Positions 1 to 13,819 of a stretch of 64,000 nt of DNA are shown piece after piece. Origin of the DNA: the human T2T-CHM13v2.0 reference genome, Homo sapiens. The position numbers and the translations under genes are program-made. Where the stretch lies: the NCBI RefSeq assembly GCF_009914755.1, contig NC_060930.1, one strand, 5' to 3'. Within the stretch, counting starts at the first letter, position 1, and each line of letters begins with the position of its first letter. The notes below the pieces were generated by a model. It did no database searches and had not been told where the DNA came from. It saw only the letters and a program-made list of their open reading frames with translations.

Positions 1-44
1 TGTAGAAATGAACAACTGAAAATGAAATTAAGAAAACAATTCCA

Positions 45-1830
<1,786 letters not shown>

Positions 1831-2020
1831 AGGATATGGAAATATTTTCAATTTCCTATTCCAGAAAGAAGAAGCTGGCAGAGAGTGGTGGTGTCCGCTC
1901 CTGCAGTTGTCCATGAAGAGAGGGTGCCCTTTTGGAATTAAGTGGATTGGAGAGGAAATATTCCAGAGATTTCTTTTTAAGAGCTTAAATGGACTGCATA
2001 TAGCAATGGGTAGCGTAGAT

Positions 2021-2352
2021 CAGGGGTCCCCAGCCTCCATGCCATGGACTGGTACTGGTCCATGTCCTGTTAGGAACAGGGTGCACAGCAGGAGGTGAGC
2101 AGGGGCCAGTGAGCTTTCCCTCCTGAGCTCCGCCTCCTACCAGATCAGCAGCGACATTAGAGTCTCAGAGGAGCGTGGACCCTCTTGTGAACCGCACATG
2201 CGGCCATCTAGGTTGCGTGCTCCCTATGAGAATCTAATGCCTGATGACCTGAGGTGGAAGAGTTTCATCCCAAAACCACCCTACCCCCAGCCTGTGGACA
2301 AACTGTCTTCCACGAAACCAGCCCCTGATGGGAAAAAGGTTGGGGACCTCTG
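2021..2352. mobile_element. MER1B-like hAT-Charlie DNA transposon
   Basis: Terminal inverted repeats CAGGGGTCCCCA...TGGGGACCTCTG; 8-bp TSD gcgtagat/gtgtagat. Confidence 0.9.
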
Positions 2353-3078
2353 GTGTAGATGACTCCCAAGGCCTCAGGTCACGTCACCAGTCCCAAAGAG
2401 TTTGGAGTTACAAGTAAGATTGTCCTAAACTCATCACAGCTGGTTGTGGGCGTGTCAGCAGGCATGGGGGAGGAGGAGTCCCCGGCAGAGGACTGAACCC
2501 CCAGTAGGAGGGGCTGCACCTGAACCCCCTTCCTAAGAAACTGGTGGTTGTCTTTGCAGGAAATTCTCTGGTCGCTGGCTCTCTCCGTGTTCACTGTTGA
2601 TAGGGTGATATGTCACTGCCCTACGTCAGACCCTCCAGTGCCCTCCCATCTACGTGGGATCAAACCCGGGCTTGCACCTGGCTTGCACACACCCTGGCTG
2701 TTTCCCGGCCTCCTTCCCACCCCAGCCTCCCTCACCCACTCGCCGACCTCGCAGGCCTCTGCCCCGTCCTCAACACGCCACGCTCGTTCCCACCTCGGGG
2801 ACTTCACACCGGCTGCTTCTGTGCCCCAGTGTTTCTGTGGTAGCCCTTAGCCCTCCCAGCCGGCCTCTCTGAGTCCCCTTCTGACAAGGAGTGGGAGGGT
2901 CCAAGCCCCCAGGTTCGGCTGCCACTGCTGGTCAGGGGCCACACTGGAGGCTGGAGAGGTGGTGGATGTGAGCGTGGACGGTGGGAGGGAAGCAGGGCCT
3001 GTCGGGGGTGGAGATGGCCTTTCCTCCCTGTCCTGCGGCGGCGGCGTCATCCGAGCCCAGCATCGGTCAGTTCCCATA

Positions 3079-3400
3079 CAGTCAGGCATCGCTTAATGGC
3101 GGGGTTGTGTTCTGAGAAATGTGTCCTTGGACGACTTTGTCATTGTGGGAACATCGCGGGGTGCGTTTCCACGAACTGGGAAGGTCCCGCCTGCTGCTAT
3201 CGGGTGCGGCCATTGCAGCCAGGCCACAGACCTGGGCAGCGCGGGACTGTGCCGCACACTGCGGGTGGCTGTAACACAACAGTGAGGAATTGTGCATCAC
3301 GACACAGAAAAGCCACAGTAAAAATAAGGCACTACCATCTCAAGGGGCCCCTGTGAGGTACGAGGCCTGTCATTGACTAAAGCACAGCCGTGCAGCCCAG
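3079..3400. mobile_element. TcMar-Tigger (Tigger3-like) fragment
   Basis: ta|cagtcaggcatcgcttaatggcgggg...ttctgagaaatgtgtc start. Confidence 0.7.
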
Positions 3401-3556
3401 GACGGCAGTTCCTTGCCGAGGGCCCGTGTGTTTGTGTCTGGTGTGCGCTGTGTTCCGAGGATGAAAGTGATGGCCGATGAACAGAACTCTCGTGTTGTCG
3501 GTGCGACCAGGTGCGTGCTCTGTTGTTCGCTGTCCTTTTTGCATCCTTGGTTGTAG

Positions 3557-3622
3557 GCCAAAGAAGACAAGATAGCAGAACTGGAAACGGAAAACGCTGT
3601 CCTTCTTCTGAAATTGGCACAG
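3557..3622 (+). pseudogene. KIF25: Disconnected ancestral KIF25 coding exon A (AKEDKIAELETENAVLLLKLAQ), coiled coil
   Basis: Pyrimidine tract + ttgtag| acceptor, CAG|gtaata donor; 66 nt, phase 0-0; heptad-like I/L spacing. Confidence 0.75.
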
Positions 3623-3999
3623 GTAATATTTTCACATGTCCTGCAGGCTGAGTGGAATCGTATCCAGTGGGGAGTGATTTCGTGCTGAAGTCAGCTTTTA
3701 GCCCTTGTGGAAGAAATACATTGGGGGTGACTCCCTGGGACCTTTTCTTTTTGCCATCGAGTGAGGTGACAGGGAATCCTCGGTTGCTGTGTGAAGTGTC
3801 TTCTGACACTGGATCAAGGTTGAGCTCCAAATTCCTGTGTGTCTCTGTGCTCACAGGTATTTAATGAGTAACAATTCATCAGGAACTCACGCTTTTTCAA
3901 AACAGCTCTCTTGAGGTTTAGTGTACCAGGTGGGTGTACCATAAATTTACCCATGTTAAGTGTACAAGTCAACGTTTAGGAAATGTGTAGTTGTGCAAC

Positions 4000-4332
4000 T
4001 GACTTAGTCATTTGTGCTGCTGTAACAAAATACCTGCAACGGAGACATTTATTAAGAACAGGAATTTATCACTCACAGTTCTGGAGGCTGGAAAATCCAA
4101 GACCAGGTGCCGCGGGGCCATTGGCGAGGGCCCTTCTTCCTCACCGATGGTGCCATCTCTGGCACTGTCCTCTCCTGGCAGGACAGCGGGGAGCACAGAA
4201 GGCCTGCGCCGGTTCCCTCCAGTCCGTCCACGAGGCACAGGTCCGTCCCCAAAGGCCCCGCTTCTCAACGCCACCACATCGAGGGTTAAGCTTCCGCGTG
4301 AATTTTGGAGGTGGCTCATTCAAACCACAGCA
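4000..4332 (-). mobile_element. MaLR LTR (MST/MLT1-like)
   Basis: gctgctgtaacaaaatacc...ctcacagttctggaggctggaaaatccaaga. Confidence 0.7.
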
Positions 4333-4784
4333 GCCACCATCACCACAAGCCAGGTGCCCGGTGTCTCCATCACCTCGAAGGCCCCACAAGCCAGGTGCCC
4401 GGCATCTCCATCACCCCGAAGGGCCCCCGCCGGCGTGTTTCCACCCCTTCCCACACCCCGTTGTTCCAGGAAGCCGCTCTTCTGGTAACTCGAGTGATCT
4501 GTCATTCTGGGATCAGCCCCAGAACACTTGAACGATGCTACGCATATGATCTGTCTGCCTCACCAAAGAAAAATGTCTCTGGAAGATGACTGCGCTCAGT
4601 TTTTCTTGCAGGTTTGTTCTCAGAATTTAAAAGGAAGGGAGCACAAAGGGAGAACGCCCTTGGCACACACGGACTCGGGTGGTTCTTTTCTACCGTTTGC
4701 TGTTGCTACTTGGGTTAGGCTGAGAAGCGGTCGCGGAAAGAAAGCAGGCCTGAGTCCCTGGACACTTCTCATCAGGACATGAAC

Positions 4785-5170
4785 TGGTTTGCAGATGTGG
4801 CTAAATTAAGACTCGGGATGGGAGAGTGTCCTGGGTTATCCTGGTGGGCTCTAAATGCCACCGTGAGTGAGTGTCCTTACAGGAGGGAGGCAGAGGAGTT
4901 TCCACACAGAGAGAAGGCCACGTGGGGATGGAGGAAGGGGGCATTCCAGATGTGACTGTGTGTACTGAGCAATACAACCTCAGGCCAAGGATTGTAAGCA
5001 GAGCCAGAGGCAGGAGGAGGCAGGAGGGGCCCTCCCCTGGAGCCTTCAGAGGGAGGCCCGGCCACACCTTGGGTTTGGACTTCTGGCCTCCAGAACCATG
5101 AGACGAGAAGTTTCTGTTGGAAACCCCCAGTTTCCCGTAATTTGTAACAGTGGAAATAGGAAACCATTGT
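4785..5170 (+). mobile_element. MaLR LTR (MLT1B/C-like)
   Basis: ttgcagatgtg...ggacttctggcctccagaacc...taatttgtaacagtggaaataggaaac. Confidence 0.75.
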
Positions 5171-6599
5171 GTTCTCATCTTTAAATTATTACCCCTTTAG
5201 AATTCTTGGAATCTTCGCAGAATCAGGGCCAAGTGGGCTTCCACTCTTCTTGACTGTCCTTGAATAACCCTGTCGAGTTTCATTGAAAAAAAAAATGCAG
5301 TTGCACAAAATTTGCATATTAATTAAGGGATATTCCTACTACTTCTGAAATGAAGTGAATATTTTCTGCGTTCATTTTTAAGCTCGTTCTTTCCTGGGGC
5401 GTTGAGGCCCGGGTGTGAGTGCATTATCATGCCCTTCCTAGGCACTGAAGACACAGGCGGCAACACCGAGGCCCAGAGAGGTGAAAAACATTCCCACATT
5501 CACAATGACAAAAAGCTGTGGGACTGAGCATCAAATCTCGTCACCCAATTCCAAGCCACATTGTTCCCTGGGAGTTCACAGTGTCATTCTACAGTAATGA
5601 AAACAGTTGGAAATAGTAACCCCGTCCAGCCTGAGGGCCTCACAGCATTTCGTGGCTTTATTAGAAGGGTCAAGACTCTTGGTCAACAAGGTCTCAAGGA
5701 ACCTGAGGTGTCGCTGCTCTACAATCACACTCCAGTCTCCATCTTTGGCCAGGGACACAGGTCCTTCTGTGGAGGAGGGACCTCAGACCCCTGCCCGTGA
5801 GTGCCTGAGCTTGCAGAGGTAACCCCTCGCCATCACATTCCACCAAAGCCTTCTCCAGCAGAACGTGGACGGCCCCCGCTCAGGGTCCCTCAGGATGAGT
5901 GGCTCTCCAGGATGTCACAGCCTCTGTGGCACCAGCAGCCAGTCAAGCAGTGGCTGTCGGGGTGGCCGCTGACGCCAAAGTGCAGGCCCAGGCTTCCCAT
6001 TTGGGTCCGGTCCAGAGCCTGGTGCTGTCCACCACGCACTGCTGGTGAGGGTGCTGCCCCAGCCCGCCGACTTTTCCAGCATCATGTAGATGAGCTTTTT
6101 AAAGGATCTTTTTTAACATGTAAGATCACTGGGCACACAGTGTGAAATGAAGCCGTGGAGCCCTGGCGTCTGCACTGTGAGCTCCTCGTGGTGGTTCCGG
6201 TCACTGGAAGGCCGATCTCCACGTGGTGGCCCTGCCTGCTGCCTCCCGGAGGCCAGCATGTTCCACTGCCACGCAGACCGCGGCCTTGGTGTGTGATGTG
6301 CTTGGCGTCAAGGGCCCTGCAATGAAACGGCTTTTCCACTGGGACTCCTGGGCCGGGACGCAGGCGGAGCACCATCCACCACATGCACCTTGCAGATCTG
6401 GCGGCTGCACAGGCCTCCAGGTCCTCCTGGCCCTCCCGGCCTCTCGCCCTCCCCAGAGTGGAGCTTCCTGCCCGTGACTCATGCTCCTGCTTCCCACGTC
6501 GCCCCCACCTAAGATAAGTCCCATGTCCTTTGCCCAACAGGTGGTGACTTTATTTCCATCCAACTCCATCCCTCAGCACCCCCAGCGCAATCCGGCCTC

Positions 6600-7600
6600 C
6601 CTGTACCCACGCAGGCCCGCTCCCCCGTCTTTCTGTTGCCCACGGCCAAATCCCCCAAAGCCCAGGGCAGCCCCACGTTGAGCGCAGACCATCCTGGCGC
6701 CATGGATTTTCTTAGAACTGCCGTTCCACGCCGGGTGAGTCCCCGGGGCTCTGGAACCGTGGATTTTCTGGGATTTGCCGTTCCACGCCGGGTGAGTCCC
6801 CGGGGCTCTGGAACCGTGGATTTTCTGGGATTTGCCGTTCCACGCCGGGTGAGTCCCCGGGGCTCTGGAACCGTGGATTTTCTCGGAATTGCCGTTCCAC
6901 GCCCGGTGAGTCCCGGAGGCTCCGGAACACGGTTTCTAACGCGCAGGCTGATGATTTCTAACACTCACGTGCGTGGTATTTCTTTCTTCCCCAGAGACGA
7001 TCTGAGCCTTTGGGGGCCGGGGACTGAATTTGGCTGCAGCCTCTTCTTCAGTCCCATGAGGGTGGGAGAGGCTTCCCGGGCCCCCGCTCAGGCCCCACGG
7101 ATCCGCCGGTGCCCTTGGCGGCCTCTTCACCCCCCGGGGCTCTGGGGAGCCTCGCTCCTCTGCAGTTCTCTGTTAACACCTTTCCGCTTCTGAGGAGCTT
7201 CACACGGAAAATACGGCGATTTTCTGACCTAATCGCACCCCCTCCGCGGCCGTCTTTGCTCCACAGTTAGTTTCGGTGACTTTGCAGCCTCCCTGCCCCG
7301 CTGCGCCCGGCTCGCCCCCGTCCCTCTGCTCCTGAGGCCCTGAGCTTGGCCGTCTCTGTGCCAGGACTCGGGCCTGGGCTTAGCTCCCCGGAGGCACCGC
7401 AGGCAGCGCGCGACCCCGAGCTCACACGCGGGCATCGCCGAGTCACACGTGGGCATCCCGGGCCTCACACGCAGCCCCTCTTCCAGGACGTTCTGCCTCC
7501 CCGCACCTGGCCGGGACCCTCAGGCTCAGCCCTGGGGATGCCTCCCCGACGGCTCCTGTGGCTCCGTGCCCCGCGCGCCCCTGGATCACCTGGAGTTGTC
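6600..7600. promoter_or_regulatory. CpG-island-like region
   Basis: Visibly high GC and CpG density (not computed). Confidence 0.5.
6702..6933. repeat. 57-bp tandem repeat, about 4 copies, CpG-rich
   Basis: Unit GGATTTTCTGGGATTTGCCGTTCCACGCCGGGTGAGTCCCCGGGGCTCTGGAACCGT. Confidence 0.95.
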
Positions 7601-7787
7601 CCCACCGTGTTCCCTGCTGCAGTGAGTCCCATGCAGGGGTGGTGTCTTCTCTTACGTGGGCAGGTGCATCTGGGACAATCAGCAACCATTCTCTTCTCAG
7701 AGGAAAGAGGAGAGGTTCAGCTCTCCTCTGCTTCAGCTTCGAGGTTTTAAGACTTTAAATTGTCTTTGATTATTTTCTATGCAATAG

Positions 7788-7910
7788 TACAAGGGAAAGA
7801 TGGAAAAGAGTCGCAGTGAGGCCACGCGGATTTCCACCCTGTACAACAAACAGCAGTGTCTGCAGAGAAACACACGCTCAGCCTTGAGCCAGCTGGGTCA
7901 TGTCATTCAG
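7788..7910 (+). pseudogene. KIF25: Disconnected ancestral KIF25 coding exon B (YKGKMEKSRSEATRISTLYNKQQCLQRNTRSALSQLGHVIQ)
   Basis: T-rich tract + caatag| acceptor, CAG|gtaaaa donor; 123 nt, phase 0-0, no stop. Confidence 0.72.
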
Positions 7911-8163
7911 GTAAAAACAGCTTCACCAGAAGCCAGAGTTTTAATTCATGCAGTGAATGTTTATGTTTGTTTCTGGTGAAATGGTTTAAATTATGCTTGT
8001 CAAAAGACATGTAATCTTATGGAAGTAAAAGAAGCCTTCATTGAAACCAGGAAAGCCCCTCGTGTGTTAGATACAAGTTTCCATCACAGGCCCAATCTGG
8101 TCTTCTTTAAAAGAGTATACCATCGTTACTATTTTCTTTTTTTAGAAAAAAAAAAAAAACACC

Positions 8164-8438
8164 AGAGTCTCGCTCTGTCGCCCAGGCTGGAGTGCGTGGC
8201 GCAGTCTTGGCTCACTGCAAGCTCCGCCTCCTGGGTTCACACCATTCTCCTACCTCAGCCTCCGGAGTAGCTGGGACTACAGGCGCCCGCCACCACGCCC
8301 AGTTAATTTTTTCTATTTTTTGGTAGAGACGGGGTTTCACCGTGTTAGCCAGGATGGTCTCGATCTCCTGACCTCGTGATCCGCCCGCCTCGGCCTCCCA
8401 AAGTGCTGGGATTACAGGTGTGAGCCACCGCACCCAGC
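8164..8438 (-). mobile_element. AluY-like
   Basis: Reverse Alu consensus, CpG-rich. Confidence 0.92.
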
Positions 8439-8439
8439 T

Positions 8440-8775
8440 TATTTTCTCTTTCTTTTTTTCTTTTCTTTCTTTCTATTTATTTATTTATTTATTTTGAGAT
8501 GGAGTCTCACTCTGTCACCCAGACTGGAGTGCAACGGCAGGATCTTGGCTCACTGCAACCTCGGCCTCCCCGGTTCAAGTGATTCTCTTGCCTCAGCCTC
8601 CTGAGTAGCTGAGACTACAGGTGCCTGCCACCATGTCTGGCTAAGTTTTATATTTTTAGTAGAGGCAGGGTTTCACTGTGTTAGCCAGGATGGTCTCCAT
8701 CTCCTGAATTTGTGATCCGCCTGCCTCTGCCTCCCAAAGTGCTGGGATTACAGGCGTGAGCCACCTCGCCTGGCC
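8440..8775 (-). mobile_element. AluS with T-rich tail
   Basis: Reverse Alu consensus. Confidence 0.92.
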
Positions 8776-10383
8776 AAAATTGTTACTATTTTCATAATCA
8801 ATTGCAGATGTTGTTCACTCTGGGAGTTCTGCTTTCTAATACACACTAAACAGAAGACTAAACCTAAAAACAAAACAAAACATAGGATTGGGATTCTGAG
8901 CAAATATCAGAAGGAAAAATACATTTTGGCCATGAAATGAATTATTTCAAATAGCTGTGGTAGCAGTTCAATTTTCTGAGTCAAAATTCTCATTTTAGTT
9001 AATCAAATTAAATCATTAAACTAAAATCTTACTTTAGTTAATCAAAGTTCTCAATTTAATTTTAATGTTAAGTGGTAGAAAACATGTTTATACATGTTAG
9101 ACTAAATAGATCTGGTACAGCATGTCATCAGATGTGAACAGCTCCTGTTAAACTACTAATAATTTCTAGAAAGTTAGAAAAATTGTTATTCCCTATAGTA
9201 TATTTGGCAATTCTCTAGGGTGAGCTTGTAGGAGGATATTTTTATACCTTTGGTTGAGAACATTGTTTTACCTTTTGTTTTAAACAATGTGACCACATAA
9301 TTACTACAACAATAAAACATCTGTAAACAGGATTAATCTGTTCTCTATGTTAGTCAGAATTAGAGATATCCCACCCCCTCGTAAGCTGCATTAGTGTATT
9401 TAGAATAGATTTATATAAAATTAATTTTCATTCTCTTCCAACTGAATAAAATTAATTGAATAAGTTGTATGTATAACTTTATCTGTACTGAATATAAGAA
9501 AAACACTTTAGTTTTGATATTAAAATGTTTATTAATTCGTTATTAAAATGTTTCCCAAACATATGAAAGCCGTCTCCATTTTATAGAAAAGGAGATTTGA
9601 CTAAAGAAACGAAGAATACTTTAGTTATGCTCTTGTGATTTAAGAGTATCTGATATTAAATATTAAGCAGTAGTGTCCTGGTTCTGTCACATCTTCCCAT
9701 GGAAGATCCTTGAGATAATTTCATGGGGAGAAGAGGACTTTCCACGCAGGACATCAGTTGCTTTGCTCCCAAAGTTCTCTAAAAGCGTTCATATGTATTG
9801 TGCCTGGAATTTTATTATGTACATTTACATGTTAAGTTGTTTTCACCGGCCCACGTTTTCCACCATGTGCTCGTGATAATTGAGCTTCCAGAAGGTAGGT
9901 CTGGATAGTAGATTAGGAGGGTGGTCCCCATTTCACAGGCGGTGATGAGAGGCTCTGAGCCTGAGCCAGCATCGTGAGGAAGTCAACAATAGACGGAAAC
10001 ACGGCTCGCGCCCAGCATCGCCCCACCGTGCAGTGAGCGGCCCTTCCTACGGAAATTGGTGAAACACTTGACTTTCTGTTTCTTAAATACTTTAAGGGCA
10101 TAAAATCACATGTACTGCTTTGAAAGTAGAAATCCCAGATGTATTGAGTCAGAACTTCTGTAAGTGAGCCGAGGCACAGGCAGCATGAAAACAGTCCTGG
10201 CGGGCATCGACAGGCCCGGGCCAAAGAACTGCTTTACACCCTTCCAGTTAACAACATATCCCTTATATTAATTGTGTGGGTATGTTATTATTCTATAGAA
10301 ACATATATAACAAATTCTTATGTAATTATACTGTGATCATTAATCATATAATTTTATGAATCGTGTATGTTCTTATTTTATAG

Positions 10384-10522
10384 AAACTTAACCAGGATAT
10401 ACAGGCGTTTCATTCTTCTTCTCGGGTGCTCTTAAGAGATTATCAGGATGAGTATCAGGACCGTGTTTCTGAAATAGTGACCGCGGTGCAAAGAACACAG
10501 CAGAGTGCCGAGACCCTGCTAG
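10384..10522 (+). pseudogene. KIF25: Disconnected ancestral KIF25 coding exon C (KLNQDIQAFHSSSRVLLRDYQDEYQDRVSEIVTAVQRTQQSAETLL)
   Basis: ttttatag| acceptor, AG|gtagga donor; 139 nt, phase 0-1; helical composition. Confidence 0.78.
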
Positions 10523-11031
10523 GTAGGAGGGCGCCTTTCACCGAAGCCGGGCCAGTCCACACTCGAGAGAAATGTTTGCAGTTTTAAGAAAATGACCGGC
10601 TAGAATTTAAGTTTCCATTTCTTCTTCCTTTTAGCTGACACCAAATTCCACAGGTGAGGGCAGGCACTGTGTGACTCGGCCACGCTGGCAGGTGCACTGC
10701 TCCCTCCCAGCTCCCACTGCAGCTCTGCTTGCTGGAGGAGCTCCTTGTTCTCCTGGTCACCACAGGGCACTTCCCCGGTCTTGACGGTCACTGCTGAACT
10801 GGCACCTGTGTCCACGTTGGGCGTTCTGTGTCAGAGTTTCCTATAATATGACGTGAGATTTTTTTTTTTTTGTCTTATCAGTTCAGTTCTTTCTTCATTT
10901 CTAAGAATGCCACAGCATTTTGGCTACTCCTTTGTTATAATGGATTTATTATCTTCAGCTACTGTGCTTGAAGCCTGTGGAAGAGGTTACTTTGGTTCTG
11001 CAGTTTTAAACTCATCGTCCAAATTGCACTA

Positions 11032-11383
<352 letters not shown>

Positions 11384-11578
11384 TCAGTGTGTCCACAGGC
11401 CAAAGAGATGATGGTCAAGTTAGGAACTTGGTCAAGGGTTGTGCTGCTGATATTCCAAAATAGGTGTGTGGAAACTTTGGAACCTGTACTGATCTTCTGC
11501 GAGGCTACATGATGTTTTATTGAAATCACTGCTGTAGCCTAGTTTTCTTCAGTGCACTCTGCTCAGTAACTCCCCTAA

Positions 11579-11997
<419 letters not shown>

Positions 11998-13226
11998 TAA
12001 GCTTTGAAAAGGTGAAACTCAAAGGGAGAAGCAGGGAGCCGCCAAGGCTCTCCCGCAGAGGGAATGCTGACGTGTGAGGAGGCAGGGCCTGCTGAGGCCC
12101 TGCCTGTGGGAGCCACGGTGCAGTCCTGCCACACAGAGGGGTCCCCAGGCGGCTTATTTGTGCCCAGGCGTTAGGCTCAGGGGCTCGGGGCCTCCTTACC
12201 TGGCTTCCCTGGGGGCGCGACTTCTCCCCTCGAGTTCCATGCTCCTCAAAGATGAGCCTCAGCCACCTCAGGTGCCCAGGCAGCTCCTTTCAGCCGCGCT
12301 GACAAGAGGGATAGTGGGGACAGGCTGGTGGCTGGGGCCGGACACACTCAAGGCTCAGATGACCAAGTGACTGGGAGGGTCTCTCTCTTGCTGTGGGGGA
12401 CCCTTCCCGCTTTCTTACGCCCACATTCAGTCTGGACCCGGTAACGGGTGTTTCTTTCAGAAAGGGAGCGTGCGCAGTTCTGCAAGTCCAGCTTGGTTTC
12501 AGGCCTCATGAGAGCTGCATCTGCGCTGAGGGGTCCTTGTCCCTGCAGGTCCTCGGGCCTGGGGTAGAAAGCCCCAGGCCGGGCTGCATCCTTTGGCTAA
12601 GTGACATGTGGAGGGGTCCGTGGCTATCATGACGCGTACAGCCGCGAGGCGTCCTCTGCAGCACGACACCGAGCTCCATGTCACACTCACGCTGCCTCCA
12701 CGGCAATGGCCAGTCTGGGGATTGGGGTGTCCACGCTCGTCCAAGGCCCCCACGCGATGCCCACTCATCGCCACATCACCTGGCACCATCCTGGTAGGAC
12801 AGAGGCGGGAGTAGAGGCCCAGGCCACTGTAACAATCCACAGCAGCAGAGCTGGGCCCCAGCATCTCCTTCCCTGCCCCACTCCCCCCTCACCAAGGGCT
12901 CCCAGGTGCTTTAGGAGCAGAGACCTCCTTGGCTGCCATGCAGACGATGGAGCAGCATTCACGGGCTGATGGCATTTCAGGCTGATGACGGACGGGGTGA
13001 CTGTGGGGCCAGGTCCCCCAGGCGAGCTCTGTGAGTCCTTGGTCGTGGTGGAGACAGCGCAGCCTGGGTCCAAAGCGGTCAGGAGCACAGGCCACAGCAC
13101 GCAGCCGGCCCTGGAGGACTCCATTATTTTTAAAAATGTCTCCCATACTTAGAGAAAGGAATTTGACCTGCTGGGCCCCATGGATGTCCTCTCCGGTAAA
13201 ATGCCTCCGTCCCTTTGTCCTTTCAG

Positions 13227-13330
13227 CATGCCAGTCAAAGGTGGCGCACCTGGAGCGGGCCTTGCAGGACGTCAGTGCGCGTCACCAGCTGGAGAGGCAG
13301 AGAAGGAAGGTCCCGCACAACAGCCTGGTG
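13227..13330 (+). pseudogene. KIF25: Disconnected ancestral KIF25 coding exon D (ACQSKVAHLERALQDVSARHQLERQRRKVPHNSLV), stalk-neck
   Basis: cctttcag| acceptor, GTG|gtgggt donor; 104 nt, phase 1-0; resembles the kinesin-14 neck ExxxRRxLHNxL. Confidence 0.88.
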
Positions 13331-13409
13331 GTGGGTGTGGGCGTCAGGGGAGACCTGGGGCGGCCCCGGGGAGAGGCCCACGCAGAACGTGCAGAAGCCT
13401 CCTCGCCGG

Positions 13410-13546
13410 AGGGACAGCGGGAGGGACAGCGGGGGGACAACAGGGGGGACAGCGGGGGGGGACAGCAGGGGTGTGACAGCGGGGGGGACAGCGGGGGGGG
13501 ACAGCAGGGGTGGACAGAGAGGTGGACAGCAAGGGGGACAGCGGGG
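13410..13546. repeat. Short G-rich tandem repeat (GGGGACAGCGG-like units)
   Basis: About 10 degenerate GACAGC units. Confidence 0.85.
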
Positions 13547-13819
13547 CGGCCTGGCCGGAGGGCAGAGGGGCAGAGCTGCGGGGGCTGCGACCTGCGTCCT
13601 CTTCACCCAGGAGGCGATGGCAGCTGGAGGACGGGTGAGGGCGCCGCAGGCTGATTTAGGCTTTCGGGGTCACTCTGGCTGCTCGGTCGGGAGGCCACGA
13701 CGGGGAGCAAGGGGGATGGCTGCAGTGTCACGGGGGCTGGTGGCCTGGGCCACATTGGTGGCGATGCAGGAAGTGGGACCGGCTGCTGTGAGGCACAAGG
13801 AAAGAGCTGTAGCGGGCAG

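Noticed and set aside
3461-3556. ATG at 3461 as the start for exon A
   Set aside because: In-frame TAG at 3554-3556. The nearby donor would give a 46-nt intron in the wrong phase.
6636-7193. 185-aa ORF with 19-aa repeats
   Set aside because: Arises from the 57-bp tandem repeat in GC-rich sequence; no homology recognised.
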